Part shown: in pieces, positions 50,839-64,000 of the stretch
Numbering within the stretch: position 1 is the stretch's first letter
Layout of the letters: every line of letters begins with the position of its first letter
Translations under genes and position numbers: made by a program
DNA from: Callorhinchus milii
Lineage: Eukaryota
Reading direction: 5' to 3'
DNA: 64,000 nt
Assembly (NCBI RefSeq): GCF_018977255.1
Contig: NW_024704743.1
Coordinates: forward strand, 16,184,001 to 16,248,000
Notes under the pieces: generated by a model
What the model was told of the DNA's origin: nothing
What the model saw: only the letters and a program-made list of their open reading frames with translations
Database searches by the model: none

Positions 50839-53800
50839 AACTCCCTCTCTTTACCACTGTATCTCGCCCCTCTCTTTCTGTCTTTAAGACCCATCTCAAT
50901 TCCTACCTCTTTGAATGTGCCTATGGTATGTACCTCTCCTCCCTCTCCCTGCTTGGTGTCAAAGCCCATCCCTGTAAAGGACTCCAAAATGTTAACCTGC
51001 ATGAAGGGCGCTATATAAACACAAGTTGCTGTTGTTGTGCTTTGGTGATTTTAGCCACTAATAGTGGATGGATTTGTAGATGAGCTCGAGAGATCATCGT
51101 TGTTGTTCTAATAGAATTTCCCATTATGATTGTGTGTCGCCAAAAGGTGTAAAGCTGAATGGAATCTTTACCACATAATAGTCTTCAAGACTTTTTCTTA
51201 ACTAAAATCTTATACAACCCATTCTCCATAACATACTTTGCACTGCTTGAAAATACAGCAACATAAAAGTAGGTACAACTGGAAACATTAAATCTTTACC
51301 CCAAATAAAGCAAACTCTGAGCGCCTCTTAATTGCTATCTCTGCCTCACCCCCTCTCTTGCCTCATTCAGTACCCATCCCAAGACCCCACCTCTTCGACC
51401 GTGCTTTCAATCATCCACCTTCCCCAACCTCCACAATCCACAATCCCTAAACACTGACTTGGTCCTTCCGACCTGAAAAGCGCTATACAAGTGTAATTTT
51501 GTTGTTCTTGTTGTTGCTGCTGAAATGCACAGTAAAGCAATGCGCTTGTATTTTTTACTCTGAGTTCTGCCACTCCCTGATATCACTGTGACTAGGATCA
51601 CAGACTTCTGTCAGTCTGAAACCTGTCATCCCCTGTCCCATTTATAGTATCATTTGTATCCCCCTGCAACTTCAATTGGTTTTCTTTTTCCATTTCGGTA
51701 TAAAGCATGGAACATGGAAAGTTTTCAAAAACTGTGCTTATTGCTGCTCTTCAGAAACCACTTCAGCTAAATCAAGGATGAGACCAAATAATAATAATAA
51801 TGCTTGCATTTGATATAGCGCCTTTCACGTCTTCTCGATGTCTCACAGCGCTTCACAGACTGTAAAGTGAATTGACCGTATATTTGTGGGTGAAATGATG
51901 GTCCTGGAACCAACTGTACTGGAAGGTTCTCGGATACGTTCCGATGAAAATGATTCCAGGCAATTCACAAATTTTTCATGCTGCTTGTTCATTCTGACAC
52001 AACAAAACGTAAAAGAAACCCTAAATTAATAAAAATAAGTGAACAGTTCATTTACTTTTGTAAAAAAACACTAATGTCAGATTTATATTGTACTTGCAAT
52101 CCAAGGGATTCTGGTTCTGTTCCGAAAGATTTGCTCTTTAAAAGGTTCAAAAACACATTCAAGGGGCATTTTCTGATATGACTGAAGAATTAGATGTCTG
52201 ACCATGTCTTTAATAACATTAAACAGGTAATAACATTGTTGTTTATGTTGTTAGCAGACCCCACCCCCACCCCCCGACCATTGCAATGAGGATTGGGAGG
52301 TAGGAATCCAGCCACTTACTCCACATCACGTTACTGCAGGAAATGCTACCTGTTCACTTCTAGACTACAAAGTGGGAATACGAAACAGTACGCAATTGGC
52401 TGCCGTATTCTGCCCACAAAATATACAGTCAATTCACTTTAATATATTTTGTGAAGTGCTTTGTGATGTCTCAACGATGCGATAGGGTGCTATATCAAAT
52501 GCAAGGATTATTATTATTGTGCACAATCTGAAATCTCACAGTTTTCACCTGTAAGATCATTTTAGCTTTGAAACTTACAGAAATGTGGTATTTATTTTTA
52601 ATTTCAAGATAATTTGGAAGGAGATCAATCATTTGATGATGAGTTTCCAGATTAAGACTACATTTAAGAAATTTTCCACAATTCTTTGTGCAATCTTAAA
52701 TCTTAGGAGCAATTGGTTTTACAGGCTGAATCTGGGTGGGATTTCGGCTGGCAGTGACTGTAGCACATCTGGGTTTCAGGAAGAACTCAGAGCCACAGTT
52801 CAACTATTCATTTGCAAACATATTGTTCTTAATCTCGAGTCAGATGAGCCAAGGGTTTAAGAGGGAGAATGAAAATAAAATGACGCTGTCAATGCTTGAC
52901 CAGCTCCAAATGTCACACTTAATATAAGGGAATAGGTTGCTATATTCATTGACAGAGTCAGTACTGGGACCTTTAAGGTGCTGTATCCATGACAACAGTC
53001 CACTGCTGATATGAGGTTGAGGTATCCAAACAGCTGGATTAGCAATGACCAACAGCCACCTCAGTTATTGCAATTCAGCATGTGATTGATTAATGAACGA
53101 TGGAAACCATGTTCCCAAGGGGTAAGGCTCAGTATTGTTTTCCTTTAGTGTCTCTATGCTATGTGTGGCCCATTGCGTGATTCCCTGTCAGACATTTGTT
53201 TGCTCGGGGTTTGTGACCGGGTGTCGCTGACGACTTTCCTTGCAATATAAGAGAACCACAGACCCAAGCTCAGCCAAATGGGCATTATGACACCAATTCT
53301 CCTCTGTAGAACTCAACCACTGGCAATGGCTCACCACAATACTGAAACAGAGTTGATTATTAAAATACTAGTTCATCTGTATTTGACTGGTGTATAAGCC
53401 TTTCTATAGTTGAACATTAATGTTGGACAAACATTTCATAATGATAACTATCACTTGAAGATGAAGATTTTTAAAAAATAAAATTTCTTATGTGTTATTT
53501 TTTGTTGATCTCCCTCTGCCTTTCCCCCTCCCACCCCATCTTCAAAATGTGCCTCAGGACCTATCTCTTTGACTGATCTTTTGGCCACCTTCCCTCTCTC
53601 CTCAGGTCCTTTCTCCAGTCACCTCCCATTCAGTTGTGTGAAGCTTTTTGAAATGTCCTCCCGATTGAAAGGCACTATATAGATATAAATTGTTGTTATT
53701 ATAACATGTCACATTTTGCACTCAATATCTTACATTTAGAGATATTTTAGAGTGGTGAGAGGTAAGGGCTATTTGAAATAGCGAGGCACTGAATTTCCAA

Positions 53801-55462
53801 TAAATAAGCTTGATTTTACTGGCGTTCCAATGCTGTTTATCAAGCAAAACAAATGTATTTTAAAAGTCCACTGTCGATAACACACAATTCAAATCACATT
53901 GCCACCATAGTTCAATAACTCACTTACATTGGTGGTGTTGGGTGAGCCAGTGTTACAGCCTTTCCTAAAGAAGAACAAAATTACAGCAAAGCTCTGAACT
54001 GATAACTGCAGTAAAAACGCAGGGAATAACACTCATTTTACCAGGAATGTTGGAGGAATACCAAAAAAAGTAATTCTCCTTGCTTCTAATTATTCTGAAG
54101 GTCATCCAAGCTGTGAAAACAGCTTCTGTGTCATAATTCTCCCAACAGCAGCAGCCTTAACAGCACTGGCCAAAAAACTAATGTTGTACCAAAGAGACTG
54201 ATATGGCAGAGCACAATAATAGAGAGTTTTTCTCTCTCCTTCCCCCTCCCACTATTTCCACTTCCCTTGTGAACCTAATCAACTGTGACATGAGAAAATA
54301 TACTGGGATCACCTAGCCAGAATCTGACTGCCACCTGAAAATGTCCTCAATATTCCACTGTTTGGGACTTTACAATGATCCTTCCAACATCAATTTTGTA
54401 CATGTACATCAAAATGCCATTAGAAATGCTTACAAACACCTCCTGCACACTGCGCTGCACTCTGTTTCCAATTGAAGCCAGTGTGTAAAGGTTCCCTAGT
54501 GATCAGCTAAAGGTTTATTTCGATTACTCATTCTAAAGCATTTGGTTATGGAAAGGTATCTGGGGAACAACTACTGAATCTGAGAAACTCTACACCAATT
54601 TATTTGAACTCATTCTTCTGTTTTGGGGGGGAAGAAAAAGGCAATACTGCACAGTTTTCATGACAAAGTAAATATCATTTCACGAATCAGATGAACGTAA
54701 TCTGATCAATACTGTTTGTTGCATGAATTGCTACATGTGCAGCCGTTCTTCCATAAAGCTGGCAAAGGGAAATTATTTTACCCGGCAGATTAATATTTAT
54801 ATGCTTCAAAAATAATGTCACTGAGTTGTGCATCAATGTCAGCGAGGAAATATACAAAATCATGCACGTCAGTTCCATTGCCATTCAGGGCTCAAGTCCA
54901 GCTTTAATATCATGTACGAGATACAATGCTGTTTTCCATTTGGTCCCCATATATATCCACTGCTTTGATGAACAGGTCAGGAGCCTCACTTAAAGAGGTT
55001 TATTTCACGTTACCAATATTACCTGCATTAAGTGTCTGGAGATTTGTTAAAATATGGTTTGCAGTCACCTGTTAATTGTTCATACGTGCCCCATAATTGT
55101 AGGATTTGAAGTGGTGCACACTTTATTGCTGTAAATAACCAGGATTATTCTTACTGTGTTTGGAATATGTATTCCTCGCTAATTTTACATGAATTGACAC
55201 CATCTTATTCTTTAACAATATCAAATCCCATTTCATCATATTGCCTGGTGTGCAGTTCCAGTCAATTGCTGGTATTAGTGCTTTCATAAGGTATATCGTT
55301 CTGGGATGGGGGATTGCTGCTGGCAGTTGTGAAAATGAACATTTTGTCTGGAATAGATTTATTACAGGTTGAAATATTTATAACACAATTTGATAACGAT
55401 TCAATGAATCCATAAAGGATTACCCTAGGAAAAGAAATGATCACTCTAATTCCTCACTGTAT

Positions 55463-55770
55463 GTGGAGCCCTGTAGCTCACTGGTTAGAGCCCTCACCTC
55501 ACAAGCGAGAGACCAGGGTTTGATTCCCGGCAGGGTGAAACCTTGGGCAAGTTTCCTTACTCCACACACCTGATAATAATCCCTCAAGAAAAAAAAACTT
55601 GGTCACTCAATTGACGACTGTTTGTGGGACGCTGCTGTGTGCAATTGTCTGTCGCGTTTTGCCCACAAATATACAGTCAATCCACTTTACAGTATATTCT
55701 GTGAAGCGCTTTGAGACGTCTAGAAGATGTGAAAAGCGCTATATCAATTGCAAGGATTATTATTATTGTT
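55463..55770 (+). mobile_element. SINE, intermediate form (long-type head, short-type internal deletion)
   Basis: tccacacacctg joins directly to ataataatccctc. Confidence 0.85.
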
Positions 55771-56998
55771 ATAATTTCAACAACAGCAACAAATTCCATT
55801 TATAGAGCAATGTTTCATGTTGGGAGAACAATTCCCCTCCAATATAAAGGATTGCACCAGCAAACTGGAATGGCCCCATCAGTTTCACCAATCTCTGATT
55901 ACACTAACTCTCTTCAGCCTCTCAATTACTCTGTCTCCCTTTATGAAGATCACAAGAGATGGTCGGATGAAGAAGAGCCATTTGAGCTCATCCTACCACA
56001 GTACAAACTCTACCATCTTCCACGGACAGCATAATCTTTCCTTTTAATTGCGTCATTAATTTAGGCTCTACAATCTTGGCATTCCTGTTTTATATTCCCC
56101 TCCTCTTCAAAATCTACCTCCAAATTCAAATGAAAGGATACATAATTTAATACCGAATTAATATCTGTTCAATTTTTGTTACGCCGGTTCAGTTGCTCTC
56201 AGATCCTCTAGGAGTTGCACATCCTCTCTAGAGCTTCCAGCAAACGGAACGTGGTGCAGCTAAGCACAACCCAGCATGTGAGGGGCTCTTTAATAGGTTA
56301 TTTAGGGAGCTCAGCAAGGCTATAGCTATGGAGGTATGGAGCTATTGACGCTATAGTTTTGGCTACGGGGGAGGAATATCCCAAGATTGGAGCACCGAGT
56401 GATCTACCCTGCCTGATAAATAGCATTTTATTAGCTCATGGGTGTGTGCTGTTCCATTCAGAATTCATGCTCTCCAGCTCTGCTTCCTTATAATGTGACT
56501 TGTGTCACCATTTCTATCAACCTCCTGCACAATAGCTCTGAACAGTAAGTGAAATTCCAAAAATATTATACCGGGTCAAAAACGTTTTCTTGCACATTGG
56601 GTCAGAGTACTAATGACGACACTTTACAACCAATTCCACAAGTGAGAACAACAGAAAGAAAAAAGCATCATATAAGAACAAAAGAACATAATAATAAATT
56701 AGGCGAAAGAAGACCAAGGTCCATCTAGTTCACCTTGCACCAGCCTGGCAGGCACTTGACATTTCCTGTCCCAAACTATACTGTATCCCAGACATTATTT
56801 TCTAGCAGAAATCTATCTAATTTGTTCTTGAAACAAACAATACTTTCTGCTTCCACCGTCTCCCTAGGGAGTCTATTCCATAAGTTTACTGCTCGCTAAG
56901 TAGTGTTTCCGCAGATTTGTTCTGAATTAATCAGTCGCAGGCTGTGTCCTTCAGTTCCACTGTTCAGTACAAGATAAAACAGCTTACTAAAACAGCTT

Positions 56999-57370
56999 GT
57001 GGAGTCCTGCAGCTCAGTGGTTAGAGAACTCGCCTCGCAAGCAAGAGGCCTGGGTTCTATTCCTGGGCAAGATGAAATGTTGGATAAGTTTCCTTACTCC
57101 ACACACCTCTGTTTACCTCGCAGTAAGTAGGTACCCGGTTGTTAGTCAATTGGCGGATCACTATTCTGGGGATAACAATCCTTCAAAAAACAAAATAATA
57201 ATTTGGTCACTCAATCCACCACTGTGCGTGCGACACTCCTTTGAGCAATACTGCCGCGTTTCACCCGCAAAATATACAGTCAATTCACTTTACGGTATAT
57301 TCTGTGAAGCGCTTTGAGACGTCTCAAAGACGTGATAAGGCGTTATATCAAATACAAGGATTATTATTAT
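56999..57370 (+). mobile_element. Same SINE family, long subfamily, full length
   Basis: Head, internal segment, core and (TTA)n tail all present. Confidence 0.88.
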
Positions 57371-58139
57371 CTTATTAGAGATGGTGTAACATCTGCACAT
57401 AGAACTGACTTTTGCTTAAGACAGAGAAATTGATGGCGATGAGGTGAAATAGCTGACATTAAAGAATGTTTTAGTTAAAGGAACAGGTTGCCCATTGTAC
57501 CTGCTTTCCAACCCCACCATGGCAGACCCTTCAACATCAGCCTGCAGCATAAACTTTAACAGCCGTAAATCAAAGCTGCTCTTCAAGTAGTCTAAGAATT
57601 CACAGAATAAATTAACGCTATTCTGTAGCTCATCCTTTAATAAGGGACAATTAAGGTTTTTACATTGCACACCATGAATTGTTTTATACTGATAATAAAA
57701 AAGCAGTGACTGGTATTTCAATGAAATAAGGTTTAATACCTTAGACATGTTAAATCCGAAAGGGTGAATGTCTACACAGTGTTGCAAATATCAGATAAAA
57801 TACCTGTTTATTTTTTTACAAAGTAGATTATACCCCTGTTAAAGAAATTAAATACTTTTGTGTAGAGGTCTTTCTAAACTCATGGGTACACCTTAGGTCG
57901 ACTCTTGTAGAAAGTCACTCGGTTGAGAGGTAGATATTTCCCACTGTTCTTGAGAAATATTGCTGTGGGGTCAAAGATCATAATGCATTACAGAACATCA
58001 CAATGAGGTAGAGAGAAGCAGGAGAAGGGGTGAGATAAATTGAGTAGTGTTGAATAGGGAATCTAAACTTAGGTTCTGGGATGTAAACTGGTGACAGTGT
58101 CTCAGATAAGTGGGAGGAAACTCAAAGAAATTCACAGGA

Positions 58140-58505
58140 TAACCTGTAAAGTGTAGCAACTATATTTTGTAGATGAATGCAGCAGGCAATTTGTCCACAG
58201 CAATCTCACAAACAAGTGAATGACTAATTTTATTTGATGGATTGTTTGGCCAGGATATCAGGACAAACTCCCTTCTCTTTTCGACTAATGCCATGGGATC
58301 TTTAATATCCACCTGAACAGGCAGACTGGCTCTCGGTTTAATATCACATACAAAGGACGGCACTTCAAGCAATGCATACCAGCCCCAGTACTGCACTGGA
58401 GTGTACGCACTGACAATATGAGTTGAAAGTCCTGTTGTCAGGCTTGAACCCACCACCTTCTAACTCAGAGGCAAACGTGTTACCAACTGAGCCAGGCTGA
58501 CAGAC
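58140..58505 (-). mobile_element. Older Deu-domain SINE whose 5' end runs into a 24-bp minisatellite
   Basis: Minus strand reads GCTCAGTTGGTAAC...GGTTCAAGCC (A and B boxes), then ggtggatattaaagatcccatggca. Confidence 0.82.
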
Positions 58506-58861
58506 ACCAACTGAGCCAGGCTGACACACACCAACTGAGCCAGGCTGACACACACCAACTGAGCCAGGCTGACAGACACCAACTGAGCCAGGCTGACACA
58601 CACCAACTGAGCCAGGCTGACACACACCAACTGAGCCAGGCTGACACACACCAACTGAGCCAGGCTGACACACCAACTGAGCCAGGCTGACACACATCAA
58701 CTCAGCCAGACTGACAGACACCACCAAGCCAGATTGACACACACCAACTGAGCTGGGATGACACAGACCAACTGAGCCGGGCTGATACCCACCAACCAAG
58801 CTAGGCTGACACACACCAACTGAGCCAGGCTGACACCCACCAACCGAGCCAAGCTGACACC
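58482..58861. repeat. 24-bp minisatellite, 16 units (accaactgagccaggctgacacac)
   Basis: Counted directly; units 1-9 are near-identical (one is 22 bp) and units 10-16 are degenerate. Confidence 0.97.
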
Positions 58862-59190
58862 ATTTAGGAGCAAAGAGGACAGATCTCCTTGAAGCCACAA
58901 CTGAAGTATAAATGTTTCGAAAGCAGTTAAGATCATTAGAAATATAAATCCCAGTTTAAAAGTTAAGAAAGTCAGTCAATCAATGAACTTATTACACTGA
59001 GTTCTGCTACACTGGTTGTTTTCATTATCTTTTGGTGCATGGAGGATTACAGTGTAGAGGCTGGGGAACTGGTTGGCAGTGATATATTTTCAGTGCAGAA
59101 ATGTTTGGTAACGAGCATAAAAATGTTCCTTTTAAAAATGAAGGTGGCTCCCATTTTCCGGGATGTTTTACACAGGAAAAAAATGTCAAT

Positions 59191-59265
59191 ACTCTCTCTC
59201 TCCCTTTCTCTCTCCTCTTTCTCTATCCCCCCCCCCCCCCCCCCCCCTTCTCCCTCTCTCTCTCT
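59191..59265. repeat. Polypyrimidine tract with (CT)n and a poly-C run
   Basis: Seen directly. Confidence 0.9.
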
Positions 59266-59377
59266 GTGGAAGCATTCTGTTTCCAAAAAAGCTCAGACCA
59301 GGGCTATCAACACACTGATAAATTATGCTTTAAAAAGTCTAAATAAAATTAAAGTTGTTTCACGAGTAATACACAGG

Positions 59378-59502
59378 CCAGTGTAACACAGAGACCAGTA
59401 ACACACAGACCAGTAACACACAGACCAGTGTAACACACACACACCAGTAACACACAGACTAGTACTAGACAGAGCAATGTAATACACAGACCACTGACAC
59501 AC
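59378..59502. repeat. 15-17-bp minisatellite (ccagt[gt]aacacacaga), about 8 decaying units
   Basis: Seen directly. Confidence 0.85.
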
Positions 59503-61182
59503 AATCTTACTGATCTTGAAGACCTATGTCAGGTCACCCTTAAACTCGGCTCTCGTAGGGAAAATTAATTCGAATTTAAGGTCATTATCCTCATTTTCAA
59601 ATCTGTCCACCTGCTTCATGTCCCAATGCTATACTCCCACCTCCCCCCCACTCACACACACTGTTGGTGGGTGAGCTTTCAGCCTTTCTGCTCCGACTCT
59701 CTGAACTTCATCCTCGCTAACCCCTCCCTCCTTCAAAACTCACAGTATGTTCTAAAAGTCTTATCTTTCTGACTGTGCTTTTGGCTACCTCTTCACCCCC
59801 ACCCTCAGAGTGAAATGCTTTGAGCCGTCCTGGTGACACGAAAGGTGCTATATAAATGTAAATTATAAGCAGAAAACTAGGTAGTTAAAGAAGATTTCTA
59901 AAGTTTGTGGTCCGAGTGTTGAGCGAGTCACATTTATCTGAAATTTGCACTAGGCATTAGCTGGCTCCATCCGTTGAGTGGAGCATTTGCTCAGAGCTTT
60001 GGATGTTTTCGTGAGTGTGGGCTGTGGCACTCCCTCACATAACCTGGCAAAGGATTATGTGAAATCGACATTATAAAAAATGTTGCGGGTTACACAAGCT
60101 ATTCATAACTAAAACCATTAACACTATCAACAGCAGTTTGGTGCAAGAAATCAAATAATGAAAACTAACCAACTGTGTGGCGGGGGAATGAACCAGAAAA
60201 TTAGATTATTGGCCAACAGCAATATTGCAATGTAAATGTCAATTTAGTAATTGTAAAAGTTATTCCTGCCTTTGCCAGAAATATGGATTAATTAAAGCGC
60301 ACGTGCCTAAAAACCTGCACCAGAAATAGGGATTAAACTATGTATGCCTGGAACCCTTCACCCAAAGTGTGAAATAATTTAAGTGTTGAAGCCTGAGCAC
60401 CAGACGCAAGGTGCAGATAGTGAAGGTATAAAGTGACAGGACTTCAAACTAGTTTACAGTCAGATGAGATGTACTGTGCGCCCAAGAAATTAAAACTGTG
60501 CAGTGAGGGAAATGTGGCAACTTCTCACAGCCGGACAACGCTGCCTTTTTAAAGCTGCTGCGTCTCACAAACCTTCATTTAAGGGTTGAGAACACCAGTT
60601 TGCAGTTTGCTCCTCAAACTGAAACATTTATTAGTGAATGAGTAGGACGGGTTGTGTTTTGAGATGATGGGAACACAGTCTTGTTGAAAGGTTTGCTCAG
60701 CACAGACTTACAACATACCTGTTCAGTAACATTTCAGTAACATCGTGTGTCTTTGATGTGAAGTCTGGGGACAGGTCACATCAGAAACCATAAGCTGTCC
60801 TCTTTCTGAAGCTCATTGACCTGCTCTGCAATTCCAGTATTTCTCAGTTTTTAGCACCTATCAGTAAATGGTGCGATTGACTTTCACTGTTTGCATTGGA
60901 ACAACATCAAGCAGGTTATACATTCTTTTTATCAGATTTGACCTTAATGGTATATCTCTAGGCAGATAAAAGTCCTTTTTAAAAATACAGCGAAAAAAAG
61001 GAGAAAAATCTGATAAACTCTAAGTCTGTGTTTTCTAATTTGTATTTTGGTGTAAGCAGAACAAATTCTGCCTTATCGATATAGTAAACAAAACTTCTTA
61101 TAAATGGATTGCTTTTGGAGCCTCATTTGTAACAAAAATATATGGGCAGCAGACCTTTGAATGCGAGAACATTTTACAGAGT

Positions 61183-61233
61183 GATAATAATAATAATAAT
61201 AATTATTATAATAATAATAATAATAATAATAAT
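61183..61233. repeat. (TAA)n expanded SINE tail
   Basis: Continuous with the tail of a minus-strand SINE. Confidence 0.9.
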
Positions 61234-61894
61234 CCTTGCATTTGATTAGCCCATTATCACGTCTTCGAGAGGTCTCACAGTGCTTCACAGAATATATGCT
61301 AAAGTGAATCGACTGTATATTTTGTGGGTGAAACGAGTGACATGAATAAGGATCAGCACTCAGAGAGTTAAAATAAATCTCACCAGGAAAAATCTCAGAA
61401 ACACAGGTGCCTCGGGAGGTTTGTCAAGTGGCAGATCTGAACTCCTGTTTGCCGACACTGTCTGAGAGACTTACTGGAGCAATCTCAGATGTAATGAGTT
61501 TATCTGTACCTCACAGTCCTGCAGCCTGGGACTAGCACAGCGTGGTCATAAAAATGCTTAATTCAGACATAAACAGCAGCTTGGAGACCCAATACCTGTG
61601 CAAACGTATGTGTGTGTTGGGGAGGAGGGGGGAAAGAACTCCTAATAGTCACTATTATTAGAGTGAACATTCACTGCTCACTTTGTTCTGACATTCTGAG
61701 AAACATCGGGGTCTCATATGCTGGGGATTTATTCAAGGATGTGTAATGTGTGTAACTCATGGATCTTGCGTGTGCATCAAATAGTGAGATATCTGAATGT
61801 TGCTTGGATTCTTATCTACAAAACACAGTCACTACACTTTATAGTGTAGTCTGTGAAGCACTTTGAGATGTCCATGCAACGTGAAAGGCGTTAT

Positions 61895-62258
61895 AATAAT
61901 AATAAACCTTGCATTTTATATAGCGCCTTATCATTTCTTCGAGAATTCTCAAAACGCTTCACAGAATATACTGTAAAGTGAATTGACTACCTTTTGTAGG
62001 TGAAACGCGACAGTCAATTGCAGTGTCCCAAAACATTTGTGGATTCAGTGACCAAATTATTTATTATTTTTTTAAAAAGATTATTACCCCCGGAAAAGTG
62101 ATCCACCAATCGAACAACAACCGGGTTCCTACTTACTGCTAGGTAAACAGACTTGTATGGAGTAAGGAAACTTGTCCAACGTTTTACCCTGCCCGGGAAT
62201 CAAACCCAGGTCCTCTCGTTTGTGAGGCCAGTGCTCTAACCAATGCTACAGGACTCCA
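61895..62258 (-). mobile_element. Same SINE family, long subfamily, full length
   Basis: Reverse complement of the consensus. Further partial copies lie near 130-300, 2980-3140, 10340-10513, 18087-18255, 24080-24180, 51788-51895, 52390-52518 and 61215-61335. Confidence 0.88.
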
Positions 62259-62379
62259 CCAAAATGTAAGGATTATTAGTCACTGATGTCCATGAGGCTG
62301 AATGAGGCCCCTTGGCAATCGATCGGCATCTCAGTGTCAGACACATCCAGGCACCTGCAGCTTTCCAGGTTCAACAATC

Positions 62380-63068
62380 CTGTTGCGAATTCCATCAGGT
62401 TAAGAACCCATCGTTCTTAAGAATCTGTTGGTGCCCTGATCTGTTCAGTTTTCCCCCATCTCCGCAACATTGCCCGCCTCTGCCACTACCGCTCCCCTTG
62501 AGCCCCTGAGACCCTTATCCATGTTTTTATCACATCCAAGCTTGACTATGCCAACTCTCTGCTGGACGGACTTCCCAATTCTTCGCTTCACAAGCTGCAG
62601 ACCATCCAGAACTCTGAAGCTTGTGTCCTCTCTTGTATCAGGCTCTACAAACCTATCAGCCACATCCTTGCCTGGCTCCACTGGCTCCCCACCCCCCAGA
62701 GGATCGATTTCAAGATCCCTGTCCTCATTTTTAAAGCCCTTCATGGTCTTACCCCACCCTCTACCATTGTGACCTCCTAAAATTCTACTAACCTGTCCAC
62801 TCCGTCCACTGGACAGACACTGGCCCCCAAACTCTGGAACTCCATTCTGGAGTTCTTTTGCCTCACCCCTTCCTTCGCCTCTTTCAGGGTCTGTCTCAAG
62901 ACCTTCCTCTTTGATTGCGACTTTAATCATCTTCCCATACCCCTTGTCCCCCCCCACCTCTTCCAAAAGCAATCCCCAGCCTGGGTGCAAACCTCAACTC
63001 TCCAGCGCTTTGGAACGTCCTCCTGAAGTGAAAAGCACTATGTAAATGCAATTTGTTGTTTTTGTTGT
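62380..63068 (+). mobile_element. L2 3' fragment
   Basis: Colinear with 27280-28050 (LDYAN, KLQTIQN, LHWLP, LWNS, tail). Confidence 0.85.
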
Positions 63069-64000
63069 GCTCATGAAAGCTATGTTTTTTTTCCCTGTGG
63101 ACACAGACCAGCACCCAAGATTGTCCTGGTCAAAAACCCCCAGTCAGCTGCAGCATTGGAGGGGAATGTGATGCAGGGAACATCACAAACTGACCTCTTC
63201 TCGTACCCATGCAACTTATGGACTCAATTCAAGCAATACCTCAAGATTGCTTGCACAGATCACTGCACAGCTTGACTTTCCTGTTATATCATAGGAAATG
63301 AGCAAAGCTGTGTGTTTCAGCATAATTAATGGGATGAGAAGCTCAGTGTTAAATTACATGGCTAGTCAAAAGCACTTGGCTAAGAGTTTGCATTTGTTCC
63401 TGGCATATTTTGTTCCAGTCCCGGGACTTTGAGGTCAGCATGGACCATGAGTCTGAATGGAATAAGAGGTGCTGGTGGGCTGCCCTGAGCCAGCTGGTGT
63501 TATAGATCAGCATGTACCAGCTCGCTTTCCTCCGCTTCCACTAATGTAACTCACTGGAGTGGCAAATTACATCAGACCTACAGCTGTAACCCGACATTAT
63601 GATTAATTTGATCAGTAATTTCTCCTGTTTTTCATTTTAATCGGTGTGACTATTCTGCTGTGGCAGGTCTTTCAGATCTAATTAAGATAAATTTCTGTGG
63701 AACGGACTTGGCAGCATTTACAGTCAAATCCCAGGTCTGAGCAGGAAGACCTGCAGCACTAATCAATCAACTCGCTGAAAATCCACTGAGCACAAGCTCA
63801 GCGCTGAACCTATTAACACACTTAAGCAAATTTTGTAATCTTATGGATTTTCAGTCCCGCTTTTGTAACATCCTATTAAAAGTGCAATAAGCTAATAGAT
63901 CATTTTATAAATACTTCTTGTCCAGCCCGCCAAAGCAGCGCATTTTTAAAACCGGATAATGAAGTCTCTCCTGACATGTTTGAGTCTCGAGCACTGCATA

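Noticed and set aside
58482..58861. CRISPR-like array of 24-bp repeats
   Set aside because: The units are head-to-tail with no unique spacers, there are no cas genes, the context is vertebrate, and the unit derives from the adjacent SINE head.
58365..58898. 177-aa ORF with (QPGSVGVC)n repeats
   Set aside because: It is a by-product of a 24-bp stop-free minisatellite; other frames are also open and there is no supporting exon structure.
33402..64000. Upstream Gln/Pro-rich POU6F2 exon
   Set aside because: No matching minus-strand peptide with splice sites was found; it presumably lies beyond the window.

Overview
Vertebrate genomic DNA. The repeat content (tRNA-headed Deu-type SINEs with (TTA)n tails, L2 and CR1 LINEs) suggests a cartilaginous fish, probably a holocephalan; this is inference from memory of these families. 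The whole window lies inside a minus-strand POU6F2 (class VI POU) gene. Four coding exons are visible (33401-33270, 17113-16904, 14461-14281, 11755-11587). All have AG/GT boundaries and their phases join into one open frame ending in the POU-specific domain. The upstream exons and the terminal homeodomain exon were not found in the window. The introns are dense with retroelements. Highlights: (1) a near full-length, apparently ORF1-less L2 with an internal RT deletion, nested in a SINE; (2) SINE subfamilies, the youngest carrying the same 3' stem-loop as that L2; (3) a 16-copy minisatellite built from a SINE's Pol III A-box; (4) a hammerhead-ribozyme-like motif in a 192-bp insert with a 15-bp direct repeat; (5) an unnamed dispersed repeat, one copy of which forms an 83-nt hairpin. 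There are no prokaryotic features, CRISPR arrays, rRNA or bona fide tRNA genes. I cannot support a wholly new biological system. Repeat boundaries are read by eye and are approximate unless a junction is quoted.
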